From Clostridia bacterium (GTDB lineage: Bacteria > Bacillota > Clostridia > Christensenellales > QALW01): a stretch of DNA of 57,433 nt. A program made the position numbers and the translations under genes. The notes beneath the pieces were generated by a model, which worked only from the letters and a program-made list of their open reading frames with translations, searched no databases and had not been told where the DNA came from. Shown here in pieces: positions 1 to 8,851 of this stretch. The stretch spans positions 1 through 57,433 of the forward strand of contig JAZSPY010000089.1 in assembly GCA_045537705.1 (NCBI GenBank), given 5' to 3'. Numbering within the stretch: position 1 is the stretch's first letter; each line of letters opens with the position of its first letter.

Positions 1-358
1 GCAGTTCCTTGATTTCTTTGGAATTATGCCTAAGGTTATTGATGAAGCATCACCGTTCCACGCAAGCGTATTTATTTCAAACCTTGGTTCTCTTGGTATT
101 CCACCTATTTATCACCACCTTTATTGCTTTGGTAACACCCCCGTTTTTATTACCTTTGGTGCAAAAAGAAGGGAAAACGTGTTGAACCTTGATGGTACGG
201 TAACCCAGAAAACTATGGTTGATTACACCGTTGTTACTGACGAAAGAACAACTGACGGTCACTACCTTGCAACAGCATTCAAGTGTCTTGAAAAGTTAAT
301 GAAAAACCCCGAAAAACTTGACACTCCACCTGAAACGGTTGTTGAAGACATAGATTAA
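1..358 (+). CDS. 2-oxoacid dehydrogenase acyltransferase (E2 catalytic-domain-like) protein, 5'-truncated by the window edge
   Basis: C-terminal part has ISNLGSLG and DERTTDG (DHRxxDG-like). The frame is open from the window start; TAA at 356-358. Confidence 0.7.
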   Translation, partial: QFLDFFGIMPKVIDEASPFHASVFISNLGSLGIPPIYHHLYCFGNTPVFITFGAKRRENVLNLDGTVTQKTMVDYTVVTDERTTDGHYLATAFKCLEKLMKNPEKLDTPPETVVEDID

Positions 359-382
359 GGCGGCAGTTTTGCCGCCTTTTTT
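357..382 (+). terminator. Intrinsic terminator
   Basis: AAGGCGGCA-GTTT-TGCCGCCTT followed by a T run. Confidence 0.75.
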
Positions 383-395
383 AAGGAGATTTTTT

Positions 396-1262
396 GTGAA
401 TTACAGTTTTGATAAATCTAAACTTTTAAATGCATCAAAAATTTTAAATAGAATCTGTCCCCATATTCAAAACGAGTTGTTTTCTTTAGATATTTATTGG
501 TGCAGGGTTGCTTATCAGGAATCCTGGAATTATTCTGCCCATAAACACTCGTTTTTTGAATTGCACATACCCATTGAAGGCAGTGCAGAATATTCAATAA
601 ATAAATCTGTTACGGTTAAAAGGGGCGACATGTTGCTTTTTGCCCCTGATACCGTTCATAAACTTGAATCAACCACTCCTGATTTTTCAGAATTTGTTTT
701 TTCTTTTGATATTCAATCTCCTTCTTCTTTAAAAGAAGAACTTTTATCAAAAATCAAGGGTTATTTCAGGACTAACGCCGCGGAATACACTTATCTTGCC
801 ATTGATAATATGCTTAAAACTGCCCTCAACGCCCACTTTGGCTTTACTCAATCAGTTACACACCAACTTTCAATTTTGTGTATTGAACTTTTCCAGGCAA
901 TTACAGGGCAATCAGGTGTTCAGGGTGAAACCATCACCAACGATATGCGCATAAAACTTGCCATAAAATACATTGATGATAATATATCTTCCCCTGTTTC
1001 TTCCCTTGACGTTGCCGATTGCGTACATATCAGTTTAAGGCATCTTAACCGCTTAACAGAAAACGCCCTTTCTTTAAGTGTTGCCGAACTTATTTTATCA
1101 AGAAAAATCCGCCGTGCAAAAAAACTGATGACCGATCCTGCTAAAAGCATTGCTTCTATTTCCGAGGCCACAGGATTTTCTTCACAACAGCAATTTTCCA
1201 AAGCATTTAAGCGCATTGAAGGCTTAACTCCATCCCAGTATAAGAAAGATTTAGGCAAATAA
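396..1262 (+). CDS. AraC family transcriptional regulator (cupin + HTH)
   Basis: HKHSFFELH cupin motif and C-terminal GFSSQQQFSKAFKRIEGLTPSQY. GTG at 396 follows an AAGGAG RBS. Confidence 0.9.
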   Translation: MNYSFDKSKLLNASKILNRICPHIQNELFSLDIYWCRVAYQESWNYSAHKHSFFELHIPIEGSAEYSINKSVTVKRGDMLLFAPDTVHKLESTTPDFSEFVFSFDIQSPSSLKEELLSKIKGYFRTNAAEYTYLAIDNMLKTALNAHFGFTQSVTHQLSILCIELFQAITGQSGVQGETITNDMRIKLAIKYIDDNISSPVSSLDVADCVHISLRHLNRLTENALSLSVAELILSRKIRRAKKLMTDPAKSIASISEATGFSSQQQFSKAFKRIEGLTPSQYKKDLGK

Positions 1263-1350
1263 TGTCCTGTTTAAACAAAACACAGTCCTATAATGATATT
1301 GCTTTAAAAGGCGTGATTTTGTAAAATATTATTATCGGAGGTGTTAAAAA

Positions 1351-2274
1351 ATGCATAATTTTCCCACAATGATAACCCCTTATAATCCTGATGGTTCTTT
1401 AGATCTTGAAACCGCTAAGAAGTACGTTCGTTTTTACTATGAAAACGGTTGCGATGGTGTTTTTGCTGTTTGCCAATCAAGCGAGATTGCATACCTTTCA
1501 GTTGAAGAACGTGTGCTTTTAAATAAAACCGTTTACGATTATGCAAAATCTTTAGATAAAAATTTTATTGTAGTTTCTTCAGGGCACGTTGCCGACAGTA
1601 TTGAAGCGCAGGCTGATGAACTTAATAAAATTGCTGCAAGCGGTACCGATGCTTTAATTTTTATTACTAACCGCCTTGATATCAATAACCAAGGGGATGA
1701 CGTTTTTATTAAAAACGCCGAAAAACTTATTTCCCTTTTGCCCCCTGATATTAAGCTTGGCTTATATGAATGCCCTATGCCCTATAAACGCCTGGTAACT
1801 GAAAAAATTCTTTCCTGGTGCGTTGAAACAGGCAGATTTTATTTTATGAAAGATACCTGTTGCGATATAGATATTATCAAAAAGCGCCTTGAAGTTTTAA
1901 AGGACAGTAATTTAAAACTGTTAAACGCTAATTGCCAGACGCTTTTAGAATCTATCCGCCTTGGCGCTAAAGGATACTGCGGAATTATGGATAACTTCCA
2001 CCCTGCCCTTTATTCCTGGCTTGTAAATAATTCTGATCATCCGGATGCCGAAAAGGTGCAGGGCTTATTAGGTTCATTAGGCTTTACGGAAACAGGCTTA
2101 CCTTACCCTTTAAGCGCAAAATACCATATGTGCTTAAACGGTATAAAAACCGAAAACCTTGCCCGCAACCGAAAAAAAGAAGAGCTTACGCCATACGTAA
2201 TGGATTCTGTTAAGCAAATGAAAACTTTAACGGATTTTGCACAGAAACTTATCTTAAAACAACTGAAATATTGA
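1351..2274 (+). CDS. Dihydrodipicolinate synthase/N-acetylneuraminate lyase family protein (class I aldolase fold)
   Basis: PTMITPY..DGSLD, GLYECP and MKDTC (Schiff-base Lys); GGAGG RBS. Confidence 0.8.
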   Translation: MHNFPTMITPYNPDGSLDLETAKKYVRFYYENGCDGVFAVCQSSEIAYLSVEERVLLNKTVYDYAKSLDKNFIVVSSGHVADSIEAQADELNKIAASGTDALIFITNRLDINNQGDDVFIKNAEKLISLLPPDIKLGLYECPMPYKRLVTEKILSWCVETGRFYFMKDTCCDIDIIKKRLEVLKDSNLKLLNANCQTLLESIRLGAKGYCGIMDNFHPALYSWLVNNSDHPDAEKVQGLLGSLGFTETGLPYPLSAKYHMCLNGIKTENLARNRKKEELTPYVMDSVKQMKTLTDFAQKLILKQLKY

Positions 2275-2299
2275 CTTTAACCCCGTTTGCAAGTATAAT
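2271..2299 (+). promoter_or_regulatory. sigma-A promoter
   Basis: TTGACT (2271-2276), 17 bp, TATAAT (2294-2299); the -35 box overlaps the upstream TGA. Confidence 0.75.
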
Positions 2300-2330
2300 A
2301 TTTATATATTTGCAAAGGGGGTTTGTTTTT

Positions 2331-3305
2331 TTGAAAAAATTACTTATTACAGTTTTATCCCTTTTGCTTATTTTTTCTTTTGCTACCATAAACGCTGTGC
2401 CAAGCGCACCAAACTATTTATTTGGGCTTGCTTGGAAAAAAGGGCATTCTTCAACTATACAAAAGGTGGACGGTCTTTACGTTGAAGCAACGAATCTAAC
2501 AAAATCTTATTCCACGCCTGCGCTTGATATTGCCCCCGCTTTAAAACAGGCTTTTTATGACCACGCCATGAGCAAGTATATTTCCGTAAGAATACAAGGC
2601 AAAATAAAGCTTGATTTTGAAGAGAATAAAAAAGAATCTGACTCTTTAAGGATAATTATTCGCGCCAAAACAAATCTGGCAAACTCTGATGCTTGGAAGG
2701 CAGATTACCTTGAATCTCTTAATAATGACGATCCGTTTTTTATGGTTTTGGACACTAATGTGTATGCCATTGTTTTAAAGGATTTTAGCGTTTCAACCAA
2801 TTGGGGTTCCTTTACGTGCACTGTTCCGTTAACGAAAAATAACGTTTTTTGTGAAATGACACCTACCTGGGACTTGTGTGTTGATGGGCTTGATATTAGC
2901 AAAAAGCCTAAAACCTTATACTTAAAAGATTTATCCTTGGACGTTGTTTCCGTTAGTAACAATACGCCCGGTATAACACCAACGGCAACACCAGCAGTAA
3001 CGCCAACGGCAACACCAACCCCGAACATTCCCCCGAGGCGCACCCCTGACGCACCCATAACGCAAACGCTTATTCCTTTTAGAACCCCTGTTAGCGATCT
3101 TATAATAACGCAGCCAACAGCAACGTTAAAACCTACCTTGGAACCTGAAAAAGATGAAGAAATTCGCGAAGAATTTATAAATCAGCCTGCATTTAAGGAT
3201 GCAAAAAATATATTTTCGTTAAGCATTAAAGGTGCTATAGTCATCATTATCTTTGCAGGATTTTTTGCAATTATCCTTAACCTTTTCAGGCGAAAAAAAG
3301 AATAA
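2331..3305 (+). CDS. Hypothetical secreted, C-terminally membrane-anchored protein with a Pro/Thr linker
   Basis: Signal peptide MKKLLITVLSLLLIFSFA (TTG at 2331 after AAGGGGG), TPTATPAVTPTATPTP linker, C-terminal TM helix and RRKKE. Confidence 0.8.
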   Translation: MKKLLITVLSLLLIFSFATINAVPSAPNYLFGLAWKKGHSSTIQKVDGLYVEATNLTKSYSTPALDIAPALKQAFYDHAMSKYISVRIQGKIKLDFEENKKESDSLRIIIRAKTNLANSDAWKADYLESLNNDDPFFMVLDTNVYAIVLKDFSVSTNWGSFTCTVPLTKNNVFCEMTPTWDLCVDGLDISKKPKTLYLKDLSLDVVSVSNNTPGITPTATPAVTPTATPTPNIPPRRTPDAPITQTLIPFRTPVSDLIITQPTATLKPTLEPEKDEEIREEFINQPAFKDAKNIFSLSIKGAIVIIIFAGFFAIILNLFRRKKE

Positions 3306-3349
3306 ATAAAAATGCCCCTTATTAATGAATGAGATTACTAAGGACAATA

Positions 3350-3387
3350 AAAAACTGTGCAGAAATAATCTGCACAGTTTTTCTTTT
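3350..3387 (+). terminator. Intrinsic terminator
   Basis: AAAAACTGTGCAGA / TCTGCACAGTTTTT stem followed by a T-rich tail. Confidence 0.75.
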
Positions 3388-3471
3388 GTCTTATTTCGCA
3401 ACAAGCAGGGAACCTGCACGGCAACTTCCACTTATTAGGACAACCTAAGACCCTTTAGCCACCTCAAAAAA

Positions 3472-3674
3472 AGTGATATTGTGAGACAAGTCTCACAGTG
3501 ATATTTGACCTTTCGGTCAAGTGATATTAAAACCTTTCGGTTTTAGTGATATTTTTTTCGCCCCTAAACAGCCAAAGGCAATACCACTTGTCGCAAGACA
3601 AATATAACTGCGAAGCAATATAACTCGCCGTATGGCGAATAAAACTAGCCAAGTGTCTTTAAGAACACTTGGCT
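3472..3674. repeat. Strand-symmetric 9-mer/hairpin ladder (REP/BIME-like element)
   Basis: AGTGATATT at 3472, 3497, 3520 and 3545, separated by hairpins. Reverse-complement-like AATACCACT/AATATAACT/AATATAACT/AATAAAACT at 3580, 3601, 3617 and 3638, separated by hairpins. Terminal stem at 3646-3674. Confidence 0.85.
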
Positions 3675-3691
3675 AAAATAAGAGGCTTTAT

Positions 3692-4579
3692 TTATTGTGG
3701 GCGTTCTTCTTCAATTAAGCGAATAAATCCTTTTGCAAATGGCGAAAGCCAACGGTTTTTGTGGCTTAAAATCTGGCTGAAATACGTTTGCTTAGGGTAA
3801 TCAACATCAATGATAGCAAGTTCCTTATCATTCATTTGTTTTTTTACTGCGTACCCCGGCAAAAAGGCTACGCCTATACCTTTTTTTACAAGTTCTATTA
3901 GTGCGGCAACGCTATCAATTTCAACGGTTGATAAAAGGTTAAGATTGTTTTTTGCGGCAATTTCCCTTAGTAAAGAAAAACAGATGCCTTCCTTTTCCGT
4001 AACAACAAATTCATATGAAAGCAATTCCTTTATGCTTACTTTTTTGCTTTTTGCAACTGCGTGATTATTTGCGCAAACAAAAACAAGTTGTTCTTCTTTT
4101 TGATAATAACATTTAATATCAGGATCAGTATTAAGGCTTTTTGAAATATAAATTATATCTAACTGATTTTGTTTTAACTGATCAACAAGTTCAAAAGTAT
4201 GCCCTGTTTTAATACTTATATTTAAGTTTTTGTATTCCTTTTTTAATTTAGGCAAAATATCATTAAAAACGCTGAACAACAGGGATTCGGAAATGCCGAT
4301 TCTTAAACTGCCTTTTATTTCCGTTGCGTTATTGCTGATGCTTTCTGCTTTTTCAACGATGTGCAACATTTCATAAGCATAATTAAGAAATTCCCTGCCC
4401 ATATCGGTTAAGGATATTTTTTTACCTACCCTATCAAAAAGTGAAAAGCCAAGTTCCTTTTCCAGCAACTGTATCTGCATGGTTACCGTTGATTGAACGT
4501 AGTTCATTTCCTGGGCGGCTTTAGTAAAATTTTTAAGTTCGGCAACACGCACAAAAGTTTTAATATTGCGAATATCCAT
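3692..4579 (-). CDS. LysR family transcriptional regulator
   Basis: MDIRNIKTFVRVAELKNFTKAAQEMNYVQSTVTMQIQLLEKELG HTH; AAGGTGA RBS before the ATG at 4579. Confidence 0.93.
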   Translation of the reverse strand: MDIRNIKTFVRVAELKNFTKAAQEMNYVQSTVTMQIQLLEKELGFSLFDRVGKKISLTDMGREFLNYAYEMLHIVEKAESISNNATEIKGSLRIGISESLLFSVFNDILPKLKKEYKNLNISIKTGHTFELVDQLKQNQLDIIYISKSLNTDPDIKCYYQKEEQLVFVCANNHAVAKSKKVSIKELLSYEFVVTEKEGICFSLLREIAAKNNLNLLSTVEIDSVAALIELVKKGIGVAFLPGYAVKKQMNDKELAIIDVDYPKQTYFSQILSHKNRWLSPFAKGFIRLIEEERPQ

Positions 4580-4696
4580 CTTTTCACCTTTAATCAAATT
4601 TTTTGATAGTATTAATCATTATTATTTGTTTTACAAATTAATAATAGCACATTATACTGTTACTGTAAATAAAAAATTAAAGGAAGTTAAATAAGA

Positions 4697-5578
4697 ATGA
4701 AGCCCATATTTAAAACCGTTTGCATTTATCTTACTATAATCGCACTTGCATTTTTACTTGCAATAAACTATCATTTTTTCATTGTTGAAAACGATTTTGC
4801 CCCTGCAGGTATAAACGGTATTTCAACCATGATACAGTATAAAACAGGATTCAGCATAAGCTATTCTTCGTTAATTATCAATATTCCCCTTTGTATTTTT
4901 GCATTCTTTTTTGTAAGCAAGGCTTACGGTATCAGAAGTCTTGTTTTTTCCCTTTGCTATTCATTCTTTTATCTTCTGTTGCAAAAACTTGGCCTTGATG
5001 AATTCAAATATGATGCTAAGGGGCATGACACCATTTTCCCTGTAATCATAAGCGGTGTTATTTCCTCCTTTGTTTGCGGAATCTGTTTTAAAAACGAAAC
5101 ATCTTCCGGCGGAACGGAAACAATTTCAAAATACATAAGCAAGAAAAAGCCTGATTTTAACTTTTTTATAGTTACCTTTGTTATAAATGCCTGCGTTGCT
5201 TTTGCTTCACTTTTTGTTTACTCAAAAGACGGCGTTTTAGATTATAAGCCCGTTGCTTTATGTATGACTTACTGCTTTATTACTTATTTTGTTGGCAACG
5301 TAATTATTAAGGGAACTAAAAACGCTTACAAGTTTACTGTAATTACAAGCCACCCTGATGAAATCATTAAAGAAATTACCTTAACCCTTAAACACAGCGC
5401 TACAAAAATTGAAGCCATGGGCGCTTACACAGAGCAAGATAAAACAATGCTTATTTGCGTTGTAAACAAGCATCAGTTAAATGATTTTAAAAATATAATT
5501 GCAAAATATGATTCAACCTTTGCTTTTTCTGAAACCGTAAACGAAACTTACGGAAACTTTAAATACATAAAAAAATAA
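4697..5578 (+). CDS. YitT family membrane protein (DUF161/DUF2179)
   Basis: FAPAGINGIS and SSGGTETIS motifs, multiple TMs, C-terminal soluble domain; divergent from LysR. Confidence 0.85.
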   Translation: MKPIFKTVCIYLTIIALAFLLAINYHFFIVENDFAPAGINGISTMIQYKTGFSISYSSLIINIPLCIFAFFFVSKAYGIRSLVFSLCYSFFYLLLQKLGLDEFKYDAKGHDTIFPVIISGVISSFVCGICFKNETSSGGTETISKYISKKKPDFNFFIVTFVINACVAFASLFVYSKDGVLDYKPVALCMTYCFITYFVGNVIIKGTKNAYKFTVITSHPDEIIKEITLTLKHSATKIEAMGAYTEQDKTMLICVVNKHQLNDFKNIIAKYDSTFAFSETVNETYGNFKYIKK

Positions 5579-5604
5579 AGAAGGTTTTTTAAACCTTCTT
5601 TTTT
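5577..5604. terminator. Bidirectional intrinsic terminator
   Basis: AAAGAAGGTTT-TTT-AAACCTTCTTT between convergent genes. Confidence 0.7.
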
Positions 5605-7012
5605 AATTTTCAAACATCATATTTTCAACAAACAAATCAGAAAACACTTTATCCTTAGAAAGATCAATATATTTTGCGTTTTCAACCATTTTACTGTAAT
5701 CATCGTTCTTTATAACGCTGTTTATAAGCCCTGATAATGAAGAATTATTTATAGCCTTGATCTTTTCCTTTTTACTGGGCAAAAGCCCTGTAACAATGGC
5801 GTTATCAACGTTTATAAAGGTTGAGAAGCCGCCTGAAATATATATTGTATCAATTTCATCAAAGGAAACGTTTGCTTGGTTCATTAAAGCCATAACCGCT
5901 GAAAAAACTGCGGATTTTGCCAGCTGAAACTGGCGTATATCCTTTTGTGAAAGATATACGTTTTCGGACAAATAAAAATCTTCTTCCATATATCCCGATT
6001 CATCAACAATGCCTTGCTTTATTAAATAGGCAATAGTATCAATAAGCCCTGTGCCGCAAATACCTTTGGGCTCAACTTCGCCAATAGTTTTATATCCGTT
6101 TTTATCAAAGAAACTGATTGCGCCAACAGTTGCACTCATACCGCATTCAATATTGGCACCCTCAAAACAAGGGCCTGCCGCAGCGGCGGTACAAAGCATT
6201 TTATCTTTTGAAAACAAAACTACTTCAGCATTAGTGCCAAGATCAATTAAAAAATTATATTTGTTTTCTTTAGGCATCCCGATAAAACCTAACCCCGAAA
6301 CAATATCTGCACCAACAAAAGCAGAAATATTTTTTAAAGAAGTTACTTTTTCAACCTTTTTAATGCCTAAACTTTGACCTGTTTCAGTTTTCTTTTCAAT
6401 AAAGGTTGGTGTGTATGGGCTTTGCCCCATGGAAGATGGATCAACGTTAAAAAACAAGTGAAGCATGGTGGTATTGCCTGCAACAAACATATCGTTTACT
6501 TTTTCTATTTTAAACTCATCTAAAATATCAGATATCATTTGGTTAACGCAGGAAATTATTGATTGATTAAGCTTTTGCTGTCCGTTTTTCATTGAATACT
6601 CAATTCGCGAAATAACGTCTGCCCCAAATGCCCTTTGGGGATTTGTTCTTGTTATAACCTTTGCAACCGTAAAATCATCCATTGAAACAAGGGCAAGGGC
6701 AAGAGTTGTTGTGCCGATATCAAGGCAAAGGCAGTTGTTTTTGCCCGATTTTCCTGTTTCACTAACCCCCGAAAAAGAAGAAATCTCATTTTTAAGCGTT
6801 TCTTCAACAACGATATCTTCATTTATAATGTATTTACAGGATAATTCCTGTTTACCATTAACAAGCACAGTACATTTTTTGCATAAACCAATGCCGCCGC
6901 AGAGATGTTCTACGGCGGTACTATTTTCTTTAAGCACCTCCATTAAAAGAGTGCCTTTTTCTACTGTTATTAACTTTTCATTTTTAGGAAAAATTATTTT
7001 AACGGTTGGCAT
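5603..7012 (-). CDS. Reductive activator of corrinoid proteins (RACo/ASKHA, DUF4445) with an N-terminal [2Fe-2S] domain
   Basis: CGGIGLCKKC Fe-S motif, DIGTTT, FGADVISRI, DLGTNAE, AAAGPCFEG, GICGTG. Confidence 0.92.
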   Translation of the reverse strand: MPTVKIIFPKNEKLITVEKGTLLMEVLKENSTAVEHLCGGIGLCKKCTVLVNGKQELSCKYIINEDIVVEETLKNEISSFSGVSETGKSGKNNCLCLDIGTTTLALALVSMDDFTVAKVITRTNPQRAFGADVISRIEYSMKNGQQKLNQSIISCVNQMISDILDEFKIEKVNDMFVAGNTTMLHLFFNVDPSSMGQSPYTPTFIEKKTETGQSLGIKKVEKVTSLKNISAFVGADIVSGLGFIGMPKENKYNFLIDLGTNAEVVLFSKDKMLCTAAAAGPCFEGANIECGMSATVGAISFFDKNGYKTIGEVEPKGICGTGLIDTIAYLIKQGIVDESGYMEEDFYLSENVYLSQKDIRQFQLAKSAVFSAVMALMNQANVSFDEIDTIYISGGFSTFINVDNAIVTGLLPSKKEKIKAINNSSLSGLINSVIKNDDYSKMVENAKYIDLSKDKVFSDLFVENMMFEN

Positions 7013-7991
7013 AAAGTTCCTTTACCTTATTAAAGTAAGCATCAATATTTTCCCACTTTGCCTGTGCCGGAATATCACAGCCTGATGAAATCATAAAGTT
7101 TTCAAACTGATTGCAATCGTTATAAACCTTTTCAACTTGAGCCATAATATCTTCAGGCGTTCCGTTTTTAAACATAACGGGATCAACGTTACCCATAACG
7201 ATAGAATCCTTTGGCATAAGGGGAATGATATCCTTAAGATCAATAGCATTGCCAAAGTGATAAATATCTGCATTAAGCTCTTTAATGGAATCAGCCATAC
7301 TTATAACTGCATTACCGCAATTATGATAACACAAAATAAAGTTTTCGTCATCTACCACATCAAAAATTTCTTTAACAAAAGGCGCAGAAAACTCAGCGTT
7401 TAATTTAGGTGAAAGCAAGCCTGCAGCCGGCTCAGCCATAACAACGCCATCAGCACCTGCATTTTTTAATGCTAAAACGTACTTCTTTAAAAATTCAGTA
7501 GCCTTTTCAAGAAGAATCTTTGTTTCATCCGGCGAATCGTAACATTCCATCATAAGTTCGGTCATATCAAAAAGCCTGCCTGCAAGAGAATACGGGCCGA
7601 TTATACCGCAAAAAACAGGAATATCCTTTATCTGTTCTTTCGCCTTTTTTACACCTTCAACGTAAATATTTGCGCGCATAGAAAGTTCGGGCACAACAAT
7701 GTTTTCTGCATCCATAATATTATCAATAACGCCCTTTGTTACTGTAGGAACATCATCTTCAGAAAAAAAGATTTGTGCACCAAAGGCTTCTGCCTCAACA
7801 GAAAGATCCATCATATTAAGTGATGCACCGATTGGGCATCTTTCCTTAATGGCAACCATACCTTTAGCCTGCATATCGCTTGAAGCGATTAAATCGTTAA
7901 CTGATACGCCTAAAAGTTGTGTTGAAGGAAAGGAAAGTACCGGAACGGTTTTTGATTTATCCTTTAAAATTTTCTTAACGGAATTCTTCAT
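6999..7991 (-). CDS. UroD-family (MtaA/CmuA-like) cobalamin-dependent methyltransferase
   Basis: DLSVEAEAFG, GPYSLAG, HNCG and SSGCDIP (HxC...C Zn motif), GNVDP; lies between the corrinoid protein and RACo. Confidence 0.88.
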   Translation of the reverse strand: MKNSVKKILKDKSKTVPVLSFPSTQLLGVSVNDLIASSDMQAKGMVAIKERCPIGASLNMMDLSVEAEAFGAQIFFSEDDVPTVTKGVIDNIMDAENIVVPELSMRANIYVEGVKKAKEQIKDIPVFCGIIGPYSLAGRLFDMTELMMECYDSPDETKILLEKATEFLKKYVLALKNAGADGVVMAEPAAGLLSPKLNAEFSAPFVKEIFDVVDDENFILCYHNCGNAVISMADSIKELNADIYHFGNAIDLKDIIPLMPKDSIVMGNVDPVMFKNGTPEDIMAQVEKVYNDCNQFENFMISSGCDIPAQAKWENIDAYFNKVKELYANR

Positions 7992-8000
7992 AAAATCACC

Positions 8001-8630
8001 TTATTTTACAAAAGAATATGCTCTTTCAGCGGCTTCTGAAGCATCTGAAGTATATGCATCGGCGCCAATCTTATCTGCAAATTCCTGGTTTACAGGTGCG
8101 CCACCGATCATAATTGTAACCTGATCGCGAAGCCCTGCTGCTTCAATAGCCTTAATAACGTCTTCCATAACGCCCATTGTGGTGGTTAAAAGTGCAGAAA
8201 GGCACACGATTTTGCAATCCTGTTCTTTAACTGCTGAAACAAAAGTTTCAGGCGCAACGTCAGTACCAAGGTCAACAACTTCAAAGCCCTTGCCTTCAAG
8301 CATCATTTTAACCAAGTTCTTGCCGATATCATGAAGGTCGCCCTGAACGGTACCTAACGCAATTTTGCCGATAGCTTCAACACCTTCAGCCTGTAAAATA
8401 GGCTTTAAAAGTGCTGCGCCCTGATTCATTGCGCGGGCTGCAACAAGAACTTCGGGTACGAAAATTTCGTTATTTCTGAACTGCTCACCAACAACGTTCA
8501 TACCTGCGATAAGACCTTCATTAAGAATTTTTTCTGCAGGAATACCTTCATCAATTGCTTGCTGAACCAGTTCTTTGACAACTTTAACCTTGCCATCTTG
8601 TAATTGCTGTGCAATTTCTTGTAAATTCAT
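8001..8630 (-). CDS. Corrinoid (B12-binding) protein, MtaC/MttC-like
   Basis: GDLHDIGKNLV B12-binding motif, SALLTTTM, IGGAPV, N-terminal cap domain. Confidence 0.95.
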   Translation of the reverse strand: MNLQEIAQQLQDGKVKVVKELVQQAIDEGIPAEKILNEGLIAGMNVVGEQFRNNEIFVPEVLVAARAMNQGAALLKPILQAEGVEAIGKIALGTVQGDLHDIGKNLVKMMLEGKGFEVVDLGTDVAPETFVSAVKEQDCKIVCLSALLTTTMGVMEDVIKAIEAAGLRDQVTIMIGGAPVNQEFADKIGADAYTSDASEAAERAYSFVK

Positions 8631-8756
8631 AATACTACTCCTTTTTTAGTAAAAATGTTAATTTTGCAACAATTTATTTTTTAATTTCTATGCCTGTGAT
8701 ACAATAATTTTGTTAAAAATTGCGCAACAAAACCATATTGCATCAAGTTCATATCT

Positions 8757-8785
8757 ATGCTAACATAAAAAAAAAGATTAGTCAA
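8757..8785 (-). promoter_or_regulatory. sigma-A promoter of the corrinoid operon
   Basis: TTGACT (8785-8780), 17 bp, TGn-extended TAGCAT (8762-8757). Confidence 0.55.
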
Positions 8786-8851
8786 TCCTGTAAAATTATA
8801 GCGATTATTTTTTGCAAGTACATGTTATTTTTTTGATACGGAGGTAAATAA

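Noticed and set aside
3390-3468. Possible riboswitch or tRNA fragment (minus strand GCTAAAGGGTCTTAGG...AGTTGCCG resembles the 3' half of a c-di-GMP-I motif; plus strand CCCTTTAGCCACCTCA resembles a tRNA-His end)
   Set aside because: The 5' half of either RNA is missing and no gene lies downstream in the right orientation. Two small hairpins are present, but I cannot assign them.
3472-3646. CRISPR array interpretation of the 9-mer ladder
   Set aside because: Repeats are only 9 bp, the 7-16 bp spacers are themselves palindromes, orientation flips midway, and no cas genes are present.
8631-8851. Cobalamin riboswitch upstream of the corrinoid operon
   Set aside because: No B12-box or conserved GGGAA/GCCACTG elements; the region is too AT-rich.
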